NCBI GenBank assembly: GCA_012295275.1
Contig: CM022678.1
Coordinates: forward strand, 434,001 to 498,000
Length of the DNA stretch: 64,000 bases
From: Chrysomallon squamiferum
Taxonomy: Eukaryota; Animalia; Mollusca
Reading direction: 5' to 3'
Made by a program: the position numbers and the translations under genes. How positions within the stretch are numbered: position 1 is the stretch's first letter; every line of letters begins with the position of its first letter. Of the stretch, positions 1-12,000 are shown piece by piece. The notes beneath the pieces are model-generated. The model saw nothing but the letters and a program-made list of their open reading frames with translations. It made no database searches and had not been told where the DNA came from.

Positions 1-3000
1 GTCGGGGCGAGTGTGGCAAAAACGTTTCCAACATTTACCAAAGGTGCTGCACCTTTTGAAAATGCGTTTGAAAAAAAAAAATTTTCGAGCAAATTTTCAA
101 AAACATGTGCGTTTTTGTGCACGTGTCGGAAACGAGTTGTTCCCCTTGGGTGGGGCGTGCGGCTTTTTGAAAATGCGTGTCGGGCAACCCTTGCCCCACG
201 TTTTTTTTGTGCACTTTTGGGTATGTGCGCCCGATTTTTCCCACGTTCTCGGAAAAAGTTATTGCACTTTGAAAAAGGTACCCCTAGCATTTTCAACGAA
301 ACTTGAAAAATTTCGATTTTCAAAAGTTGAAAATCCGTGTGGCACTGTTCCCGTTTGGTCGGGAAAAATATTTCGACGTGTGCAAAACGTGCGCGCCGTC
401 GGGGCGAGTGTGGCAAAAACGTTTCCAACATTTACCAAAGGTGCTGCACCTTTGAAAATGCGTTTGAAAAAAAAAAAATTTTCGAGCAAATTTTCAAAAA
501 CATGTGCGTTTTTTGTGCACGTGTCGGAAACGAGTTGTTCCCCTTGGGTGGGGCGTGCGGCACTTTTGACCCGTGTCGGGCAACCCTTGCCCCACTTTTG
601 GGTATGTGCGCCCGATTTTTCCCACGTGCTCGGAAAAAGTTATTGCACTTTGAAAAAGGTACCCCTAGCATTTTCAACGAAACTTGAAAAAAATCGATTT
701 TCAAAAGTTGAAAATCCGTGTGGCACTGTTCCGTTTGGTCGGGAAAAATATTTCGACGTGTGCAAAACGTGCGCGCCGTCGGGGCGAGGTGGCAAAAAAC
801 GTTTCCAACATTTACCAAAGGGTGCTGCACCTTTTGAAAATGCGTTTGAAAAAAATCGAGCAAATTTTCAAAAACATGTGCGTTTTTTGTGCACGTGTCG
901 GAAACGAGTTGTTCCCCTTGGGTGGGGCGTGCGGCACTTTTGACCCGTGTCGGGCAACCCTTGCCCCACTTTTGGGTATGTGCGCCCGATTTTTCCCACG
1001 TGCTCGGAAAAAGTTATTGCACTTTGAAAAAGGTACCCCTAGCATTTTCAACGAAACTTGAAAAAATTCGATTTTCAAAAGTTGAAAATCCGTGTGGCAC
1101 TGTTCCGTTTGGTCGGGAAAAATATTTCGACGTGTGCAAAACGTGCGCGCCGTCGGGGCGAGTGTGGCAAAAAAAACGTTTCCAACATTTACCAAAGGTG
1201 CTGCACCTTTTGAAAATGCGTTTGAAAAAAAATCGAGCAAATTTTCAAAAACATGTGCGTTTTTTGTGCACGTGTCGGAAACGAGTTGTTCCCCTTGGGT
1301 GGGGCGTGCGGCACTTTTGACCCGTGTCGGGCAACCCTTGCCCCACTTTTGGGTATGTGCGCCCGATTTTTCCCACGTGCTCGGAAAAAGTTATTGCACT
1401 TTGAAAAAGGTACCCCTAGCATTTTCAACGAAACTTGAAAAATTCGATTTTCAAAAGTTGAAAATCCGTGTGGCACTGTTCCGTTTGGTCGGGAAAAATA
1501 TTTCGACGTGTGCAAAACGTGCGCGCCGTCGGGGCGAGTGTGGCAAAAACGTTTCCAACATTTACCAAAGGTGCTGCACCTTTTGAAAATGCGTTTGAAA
1601 AAAATCGAGCAAATTTTCAAAAACATGTGCGTTTTTTGTGCACGTGTCGGAAACGAGTTGTTCCCCTTGGGTGGGGCGTGCGGCACTTTTGACCCGTGTC
1701 GGGCAACCCTTGCCCCACTTTTTTTGGGTATGTGTGCGCCCGATTTTTTTCCCACGTGCTCGGAAAAAGTTATTGCACTTTGAAAAAGGTACCCCCTAGC
1801 ATTTTCAACGAAACTTGAAAAAATTCGATTTTCAAAAGTTGAAAATCCGTGTGGCACTGTTCCGTTTGGTCGGGAAAAATATTTCGACGTGTGCAAAACG
1901 TGCGCGCCGTCGGGGCGAGTGTGGCAAAAACGTTTCCAACATTTACCAAAGGTGCTGCACCTTTTGAAAATGCGTTTGAAAAAAAATCGAGCAAATTTTC
2001 AAAAACATGTGCGTTTTTTGTGCACGTGTCGGAAACGAGTTGTTCCCCTTGGGTGGGGCGTGCGGCACTTTTGACCCGTGTCGGGCAACCCTTGCCCCAC
2101 TTTTGGGTATGTGCGCCCGATTTTTCCCACGTGCTCGGAAAAAGTTATTGCACTTTGAAAAAGGTACCCCTAGCATTTTCAACGAAACTTGAAAAATTCG
2201 ATTTTCAAAAGTTGAAAATCCGTGTGGCACTGTTCCGTTTGGTCGGGAAAATATTTCGACGTGTGCAAAACGTGCGCGCCGTCGGGGCGAGGCCGTCGGG
2301 GCGAGTGTGGCAAAACGTTTCCAACATTTACCAAAGGTGCTGCACCTTTTGAAAATGCGTTTGAAAAAAATCGAGCAAATTTTCAAAAACATGTGCGTTT
2401 TTTGTGCACGTGTCGGAAACGAGTTGTTCCCCTTGGGTGGGGCGTGCGGCACTTTTGACCCGTGTCGGGCAACCCTTGCCCCACTTTTGGGTATGTGCGC
2501 CCGATTTTTCCCACGTGCTCGGAAAAAGTTATTGCACTTTTTGAAAAAAGGTACCTAGCATTTTCAAAAACTTGAAAAAATTCGATTTTCAAAAGTTGAA
2601 AATCCGTGTGGCACTGTTCCGTTTGGTCGGAAAAATATTTCGACGTGTGCAAAACGTGCGCGCCGTCGGGGCGAGTGTGGCAAAAACGTTTCCAACATTT
2701 ACCAAAGGTGCTGCACCTTTTGAAAATGCGTTTGAAAAAAAATCGAGCAAATTTTCAAAAACATGTGCGTTTTTGTGCACGTGTCGGAAACGAGTTGTTC
2801 CCCTTGGGTGGCGCGTGCGGCACTTTTGACCCGTGTCGGGCAACCCTTGCCCCACTTTTGGGTATGTGCGCCCGATTTTTCCCACGTGCTCGGAAAAAGT
2901 TATTGCACTTTGAAAAAGGTACCCCTAGCATTTTCAACGAAACTTGAAAAAATTCGATTTTCAAAAGTTGAAAATCCGTGTGGCACTGTTCCGTTTGGTC

Positions 3001-6000
3001 GGGAAAAATATTTCGACGTGTGCAAAACGTGCGCGCCGTCGGGGCGAGTGTGGCAAAAACGTTTCCAACATTTACCAAAGGTGCTGCACCTTTTGAAAAT
3101 GCGTTTGAAAAAAAATCGAGCAAATTTTCAAAAACATGTGCGTTTTTTTGCACGTGTCGGAAACGAGTTGTTCCCCTTGGGTGGGGCGTGCGGCACTTTT
3201 GACCCGTGTCGGGCAACCCCTTGCCCCACTTTTGGGTATGTGCGCCCGATTTTTCCCCGTGCTCGGAAAAAGTTATTGCACTTTGAAAAGGTACCCCTAG
3301 CATTTTCAACGAAACTTGAAAAAAAAATCGATTTTCAAAAGTTGAAAATCCGTGTGGCACTGTTCCGTTTGGTCGGGAAAAATATTTCGACGTGTGCAAA
3401 ACGTGCGCGCCGTCGGGGCGAGTGTGGCAAAAACGTTTCCAACATTTACCAAAGGTGCTGCACCTTTTGAAAATGCGTTTGAAAAAAAATCGAGCAAATT
3501 TTCAAAAACATGTGCGTTTTTTGTGCACGTGTCGGAAACGAGTTGTTCCCCTTGGGTGGGGCGTGCGGCACTTTTGACCCGTGTCGGGCAACCCTTGCCC
3601 CACTTTTGGTATATGTGCGCCCGATTTTTCCCACGTGCTCGGAAAAAAGTTATTGCACTTTGAAAAAGGTACCCCCCTAGCATTTTCAACGAAACTTGAA
3701 AAATTCGATTTTCAAAAGTTGAAAATCCGTGTGGCACTGTTCCGTTTGGTCGGGAAAAATATTTCGACGTGTGCAAAACGTGCGCGCCGTCGGGGCGAGT
3801 GTGGCAAAAACGTTTCCAACATTTACCAAAGGTGCTGCACCTTTTGAAAATGCGTTTGAAAAAAAAAATCGAGCAAATTTTCAAAAACATGTGCGTTTTT
3901 TGCACGTGTCGGAAACGAGTTGTTCCCCTTGGGTGGGGCGCGGCACTTTTTGACCCGTGTCGGGCAACCCTTTGCCCCACTTTTTTCAACGTATGTGCGC
4001 CCGATTTTTCCCACGTGCTCGGAAAAAGTTATTGCACTTTGAAAAAGGTACCCCTAGCATTTTCAACGAAACTTGAAAAAATTCGATTTTCAAAAGTTGA
4101 AAATCCGTGTGGCACTGTTCCGTTTGGTCGGGAAAAATATTTCGACGTGTGCAAAAAACGTGCGCGCCGTCGGGGCGAGTGTGGCAAAAACGTTTCCAAC
4201 ATTTACCAAAGGTGCTGCACCTTTTGAAAATGCGTTTGAAAAAAATCGAGCAAATTTTCAAAAACATGTGCGTTTTTGTGCACGTGTCGGAAACGAGTTG
4301 TTCCCCTTGGGGGGCGTGCGGCACTTTTGACCCGTGTCGGGCAACCCTTTGCCCCCGAGCAAATTTTCAAAAACATGTGCGTTTTTTGCCTTGCCCAACC
4401 CTTGCCCCACTTTTGGGTATGTGCGCCCGATTTTTCCCACGTGCTCGGAAAAAGTTATTGCACTTTGAAAAAAAAAAACCCCTAGCATTTTCAACGAAAC
4501 TTGAAAAAAAAATTCGATTTTCAAAAGTTGAAAATCCGTGTGGCACTGTTCCGTTTGGTCGGGAAAAATATTTCGACGTGTGCAAAACGTGCGCGCCGTC
4601 GGGGCGAGGTGGCAAAAAAACGTTTCCAACATTTACCAAAGGTGCTGCACCTTTTGAAAATGCGTTTGAAAAAAATCGAGCAAATTTTCAAAAACATGTG
4701 CGTTTTTTGTGCACGTGTCGGAAACGAGTTGTTCCCCTTGGGTGGGGCGTGCGGCACTTTTGACCCGTGTCGGGCAAACCCTTGCCCCACTTTTGTTTAT
4801 GTGCGCCCGATTTTTCCCACGTGCTCGGAAAAAGTTATTGCACTTTGAAAAAGGTACCCCTAGCATTTTCAACGAAACTTGAAAAAAATTCGATTTTCAA
4901 AAGTTGAAAATCCGTGTGGCACTGTTCCGTTTGGTCGGGAAAAATATTTCGACGTGTGCAAAACGTGCGCGCCGTCGGGGCGAGTGTGGCAAAAACGTTT
5001 CCAACATTTACCAAAGGTGCTGCACCTTTTGAAAATGCGTTTGAAAAAAAAATCGAGCAAATTTTCAAAAACATGTGCGTTTTTTGTGCACGTGTCGGAA
5101 ACGAGTTGTTCCCCTTGGGTGGGGCGTGCGGCACTTTTGACCCGTGTCGGGCAACCCTTGCCCCACTTTTGGGTATGTGCGCCCGATTTTTCCCACGTGC
5201 TCGGAAAAAGTTATTGCACTTTGAAAAAAGGTACCCCTAGCATTTTCAACGAAACTTGAAAAAAATCGATTTTCAAAAGTTGAAAATCCGTGTGGCACTG
5301 TTCCGTTTGGTCGGGAAAAATATTTCGACGTGTGCAAAACGTGCGCGCCGTCGGGGCGAGTGGCAAAAAAACGTTTCCAACATTTACCAAAGGTGCTGCA
5401 CCTTTTGAAAATGCGTTTGAAAAAAAATCGAGCAAATTTTCAAAAACATGTGCGTTTTTTGTGCACGTGTCGGAAACGAGTTGTTCCCCTTGGGTGGGGC
5501 GTGCGGCACTTTTGACCCGTGTCGGGCAACCCTTGCCCCACTTTTGGGTATGTGCGCCCGATTTTTCCCACGTGCTCGGAAAAAGTTATTGCACTTTGAA
5601 AAAGGTACCCCTAGCATTTTCAACGAAACTTGAAAAAATTCGATTTTCAAAAGTTGAAAATCCGTGTGGCACTGTTCCGTTTGGTCGGGAAAAATATTTC
5701 GACGTGTGCAAAACGTGCGCGCCGTCGGGGCGAGTGTGGCAAAAACGTTTCCAACATTTACCAAAGGTGCTGCACCTTTTGAAAATGCGTTTGAAAAAAA
5801 TCGAGCAAATTTTCAAAAACATGTGCGTTTTTTGTGCACGTGTCGGAAACGAGTTGTTCCCCTTGGGGGGGGCGGGCACTTTTGACCCGTGTCGGGCAAC
5901 CCTTTGCCCCACTTTTGGTATGTGCGCCCCCGATTTTTCCCACGTGCTCGGAAAAAGTTATTGCACTTTGAAAAAAGGTACCCCTAGCATTTTCAACGAA

Positions 6001-9000
6001 ACTTGAAAAAATTCGATTTTCAAAAGTTGAAAATCCGTGTGGCACTGTTCCGTTTGGTCGGGAAAAATATTTCGACGTGTGCAAAACGTGCGCGCCGTCG
6101 GGGCGAGTGTGGCAAAAAAAAAAACGTTTCCAACATTTACCAAAGGTGCTGCACCTTTTGAAAATGCGTTTGAAAAAAAATCGAGCAAATTTTCAAAAAC
6201 ATGTGCGTTTTTTTGTGCGTGTCGGAAACGAGTTGTTCCCCTTGGGTGGGGCGTGCGGCACTTTTGACCCGTCGGGGCAACCCTTGCCCCACTTTTTTTG
6301 GTATGTGCGCCCGATTTTTCCCACGTGCTCGGAAAAAGTTATTGCACTTTGAAAAAGGTACCCCTAGCATTTTCAACGAAACTTGAAAAAATTCGATTTT
6401 CAAAAGTTGAAAATCCGTGTGGCACTGTTCCGTTTGGTCGGGAAAAATATTTCGACGTGTGCAAAACGTGCGCGCCGTCGGGGCGAGTGTGGCAAAAACG
6501 TTTCCAACATTTACCAAAGGTGCTGCACCTTTTGAAAATGCGTTTGAAAAAAAACGAGCAAATTTTCAAAAATATGTGCGTTTTTTGTGCACGTGTCGGA
6601 AACGAGTTGTTCCCCTTGGGTGGGGCGTGCGGCACTTTTGACCCGTGTCGGGCAACCCTTGCCCCACTTTTGGGTATGTGCGCCCGATTTTTCCCACGTG
6701 CTCGGAAAAAGTTATTGCACTTTGAAAAAGGTACCCCTAGCATTTTCAACGAAACTTGAAAAAATTCGATTTTCAAAAGTTGAAAATCCGTGTGGCACTG
6801 TTCCGTTTGGTCGGGAAAAATATTTTCGACGTGTGCAAAAAACGTGCGCGCCGTCGTCGGGCGAGTGTGGCAAAAAAAAAACGTTTCCAACATTTACCAA
6901 AGGTGCTGCACCTTTTGAAAATGCGTTTGAAAAAAATCGAGCAAATTTTCAAAAACATGTGCGTTTTTTGTGCACGTGTCGGAAACGAGTTGTTCCCCTT
7001 GGGTGGGGCGTGCGGCACTTTTGACCCGTGTCGGGCAACCCTTGCCCCACTTTTGGGGGTGTGTGCCCGATTTTTCCCACGTGCTCGGAAAAAAATTGCA
7101 CTTTGAAAAAGGTACCCCTAGCATTTTCAACGAAACTTGAAAAAATTCGATTTTCAAAAGTTGAAAATCCGTGTGGCACTGTTCCGTTTGGTCGGGAAAA
7201 ATATTTCGACGTGTGCAAAACGTGCGCGCCGTCGGGGCGAGTGTGGCAAAAACGTTTCCAACATTTACCAAAGGTGCTGCACCTTTTGAAAATGCGTTTG
7301 AAAAAAAATCGAGCAAATTTTCAAAAACATGTGCGTTTTTTGTGCACGTGTCGGAAACGAGTTGTTCCCCTTGGGTGGGGCGTGCGGCACTTTTGACCCG
7401 TGTCGGGCAACCCTTGCCCCACTTTTGGGTATGTGCGCCCGATTTTTCCCACGTGCTCGGAAAAAGTTATTGCACTTTGAAAAAGGTACCCCTAGCATTT
7501 TCAACGAAACTTGAAAAAATTCGATTTTCAAAAGTTGAAAATCCGTGTGGCACTGTTCCGTTTGGTCGGGAAAAATATTTCGACGTGTGCAAAACGTGCG
7601 CGCCGTCGGGGCGAGTGTGGCAAAAACGTTTCCAACATTTACCAAAGGTGCTGCACCTTTTGAAAATGCGTTTGAAAAAAAATCGAGCAAATTTTCAAAA
7701 ACATGTGCGTTTTTTGTGCACGTGTCGGAAACGAGTTGTTCCCCTTGGGTGGGGCGTGCGGCACTTTTGACCCGTGTCGGGCAACCCTTGCCCCACTTTT
7801 GGGTATGTGCGCCCGATTTTTCCCACGTGCTCGGAAAAAGTTATTGCACTTTGAAAAAGGTACCCCTAGCATTTTCAACGAAACTTGAAAAAAAAAATTC
7901 GATTTTCAAAAGTTGAAAATCCGTGTGGCACTGTTCCGTTTGGTCGGGAAAAATATTTCGACGTGTGCAAAACGTGCGCGCCGTCGGGGCGAGTGTGGCA
8001 AAAACGTTTCCAACATTTACCAAAGGTGCTGCACCTTTTGAAAATGCGTTTGAAAAAAAATCGAGCAAATTTTCAAAAACATGTGCGTTTTTTGTGCACG
8101 TGTCGGAAACGAGTTGTTCCCCTTGGGGGGGCGTGCGGCACTTTTGACCCGTGTCGGGCAACCCTTGCCCCACTTTTGTATGTGCGCCCGATTTTTCCCA
8201 CGTGCTCGGAAAAAAAGTATTGCACTTTGAAAAAGGTACCCCTAGCATTTTCAACGAAACTTGAAAAAAATTCGATTTTCAAAAAGTTGAAAATCCGTGT
8301 GGCACTGTTCCGTTTGGTCGGGAAAAAAAATTTCGACGTGTGCAAAACGTGCGCGCCGTCGGGGCGAGTGGGCAAAAAAACGTTCCAACATTTACCAAAG
8401 GTGCTGCACCTTTTGAAAATGCGTTTGAAAAAAAAAATCGAGCAAATTTTCAAAAACATGTGCGTTTTTTGTGCACGTGTCGGAAACGAGTTGTTCCCCT
8501 TGGGTGGGGCGTGCGGCACTTTTGACCCGTGTCGGGCAACCCTTGCCCCACTTTTGGGTATGTGCGCCCGATTTTTCCCACGTGCTCGGAAAAAGTTATT
8601 GCACTTTGAAAAAGGTACCCCTAGCATTTTCAACGAAACTTGAAAAAATTCGATTTTCAAAAGTTGAAAATCCGTGTGGCACTGTTCCGTTTGGTCGGGA
8701 AAAATATTTCGACGTGTGCAAAACGTGCGCGCCGTCGGGGCGAGTGTGGCAAAAACGTTTCCAACATTTACCAAAGGTGCTGCACCTTTTGAAAATGCGT
8801 TTGAAAAAAAAATCGAGCAAATTTTCAAAAAACTGTGCGTTTTTTGTGCACGTGTCGGAAACGAGTTGTTCCCCTTGGGTGGGGCGTGCGGCACTTTTGA
8901 CCCGTGTCGGGCAACCCTTGCCCCACTTTTGGGTATGTGCGCCCGATTTTTCCCACGTGCTCGGAAAAAGTTATTGCACTTTGAAAAAGGTACCCCTAGC

Positions 9001-12000
9001 ATTTTCAACGAAACTTGAAAAAATTCGATTTTCAAAAGTTGAAAATCCGTGTGGCACTGTTCCGTTTGGTCGGGAAAAATATTTCGACGTGTGCAAAACG
9101 TGCGCGCCGTCGGGGCGAGTGTGGCAAAAACGTTTCCAACATTTACCAAAGGTGCTGCACCTTTTGAAAATGCGTTTGAAAAAAAATCGAGCAAATTTTC
9201 AAAAACATGTGCGTTTTTTGTGCACGTGTCGGAAACGAGTTGTTCCCCTTGGGTGGGGCGTGCGGCACTTTTGACCCGTGTCGGGCAACCCTTGCCCCAC
9301 TTTTGGGTATGTGCGCCCGATTTTTCCCACGTGCTCGGAAAAAGTTATTGCACTTTGAAAAAGGTACCCCTAGCATTTTCAACGAAACTTGAAAAAATTC
9401 GATTTTCAAAAGTTGAAAATCCGTGTGGCACTGTTCCGTTTGGTCGGGAAAAATATTTCGACGTGTGCAAAAAACGTGCGCGCCGTCGGGGCGGCGTGTG
9501 GCAAAAAACGTTTCCAACATTTACCAAAGGTGCTGCACCTTTTTTGAAAATGCGTTTGAAAAAAAATCGAGCAAATTTTCAAAAACATGTGCGTTTTTTG
9601 TGCACGTGTCGGAAACGAGTTGTTCCCCTTGGGGTGGGGCGTGCGGCACTTTTGACCCGTGTCGGGCAACCCTTGCCCCACTTTTGTGTATGTGCGCCCG
9701 ATTTTTCCCACGTGCTCGGAAAAAGTTATTGCACTTTGAAAAAAAGTACCCCTAGCATTTTCAACGAAACTTGAAAAAATCGATTTTCAAAAAAAGTGAA
9801 AATCCGTGTGGCACTGTTCCGTTTGGTCGGGAAAAATATTTCGACGTGTGCAAAACGTGCGCGCCGTCGGGGCGAGTGTGGCAAAAACGTTTCCAACATT
9901 TACCAAAGGTGCTGCACCTTTTGAAAATGCGTTTGAAAAAAATCGAGCAAATTTTCAAAAACATGTGCGTTTTTTGTGCACGTGTCGGAAACGAGTTGTT
10001 CCCCTTGGGTGGGGCGTGCGGCACTTTTGACCCGTGTCGGGCAACCCTTGCCCCACTTTTGGTATATGCGCCCCCGATTTTCCCACGTGCTCGGAAAAAG
10101 TTATTGCACTTTGAAAAAAGTACCCCCCTATTTTCAACGAAACTTGAAAAAAAATTCGATTTTCAAAAGTTGAAAATCCGTGTGGCACTGTTCCGTTTGG
10201 TCGGGAAAAATATTTCGACGTGTGCAAAACGTGCGCGCCGTCGGGGCGAGTGTGGCAAAAACGTTTCCAACATTTACCAAAGGTGCTGCACCTTTTGAAA
10301 ATGCGTTTGAAAAAAATCGAGCAAATTTTCAAAAATGTGCGTTTTTTGCACGTGTCGGAAACGAGTTGTTCCCCTTGGGTGGGGCGTGCGGCACTTTTGA
10401 CCCGTGTCGGGCAACCCTTGCCCCACTTTTGGGTGTGCGCCCGATTTTTCCCACGTGCTCGGAAAAAGTTATTGCACTTTGAAAAAGGTAACCCCAGCAT
10501 TTTCAACGAAACTTGAAAAAATTTCGATTTTCAAAAGTTGAAAATCCGTGTGGCACTGTTCCGTTTGGTCGGGAAAAATATTTCGACGTGTGCGTGCGCG
10601 CCGTCGTCGGGCGAGTCGGGCAAAAAAAACGTTCCAACATTTTTACCAAAGGTGCTGCACCTTTTGAAAATGCGTTTGAAAAAAATCGAGCAAATTTTCA
10701 AAAACATGTGCGTTTTTGTGCACGTGTCGGAAACGAGTTGTTCCCCTTGGGTGGGGCGTGCGGCACTTTTTTGACCCGTGTCGGGCAACCCTTGCCCCAC
10801 TTTTTTTTATGTGCGCCCGATTTTTCCCACGTGCTCGGAAAAAGTTATTGCACTTTGAAAAAGGTACCCCTAGCATTTTCAACGAAACTTGAAAAAATTC
10901 GATTTTCAAAAGTTGAAAATCCGTGTGGCACTGTTCCGTTTGGTCGGGAAAAATATTTCGACGTGTGCAAAACGTGCGCGCCGTCGGGGCGGCGAGGTGT
11001 GGCAAAAACGTTTCCAACATTTACCAAAGGTGCTGCACCTTTTGAAAATGCGTTTGAAAAAAAATCGAGCAAATTTTCAAAAACATGTGCGTTTTTTGCA
11101 CGTGTCGGAAACGAGTTGTTCCCCTTGGGGGCGTGCGGCACTTTTTTTGACCCGTGTCGGGCAACCCTTGCCCCACTTTTTTTGGTATGTGCGCCCGATT
11201 TTTTTTCCCACGTGCTCGGAAAAAGTTATTGCACTTTGAAAAAGTACCCCTAGCATTTTCAACGAAACTTGAAAAAAAAATTCGATTTTCAAAAGTTGAA
11301 AATCCGTGTGGCACTGTTCCGTTTGGTCGGGAAAAATATTTCGACGTGTGCAAAACGTGCGCGCCGTCGGGGCGAGTGTGGCAAAAACGTTTCCAACATT
11401 TACCAAAGGTGCTGCACCTTTTGAAAATGCGTTTGAAAAAAATCGAGCAAATTTTCAAAAACATGTGCGTTTTTTGTGCACGTGTCGGAAACGAGTTGTT
11501 CCCCTTGGGTGGGGCGTGCGGCACTTTTGACCCGTGTCGGGCAACCCTTGCCCCACTTTTGGGTATGTGCGCCCGATTTTTCCCACGTGCTCGGAAAAAG
11601 TTATTGCACTTTGAAAAAGGTACCCCTAGCATTTTCAACGAAACTTGAAAAAAATCGATTTTCAAAGTTGAAAATCCGTGTGGCACTGTTCCGTTTGGTC
11701 GGGAAAAATATTTCGACGTGTGCAAAACGTGCGCGCCGTCGGGGCGAGTGGCAAAAAACGTTTTTCCACATTTTTACCAAAGGTGCTGCACCTTTTGAAA
11801 ATGCGTTTGAAAAAAATCGAGCAAATTTTTTCAAAACATGTGCGTTTTTTTTGCACGTGTCGGAAACGAGTTGTTCCCCTTGGGGGCGTGCGGCACTTTT
11901 TTGACCCGTGTCGGGCAACCCTTGCCCCACTTTTGGGTATGTGCGCCCGATTTTTCCCACGTGCTCGGAAAAAGTTATTGCACTTTGAAAAAGGTACCCC

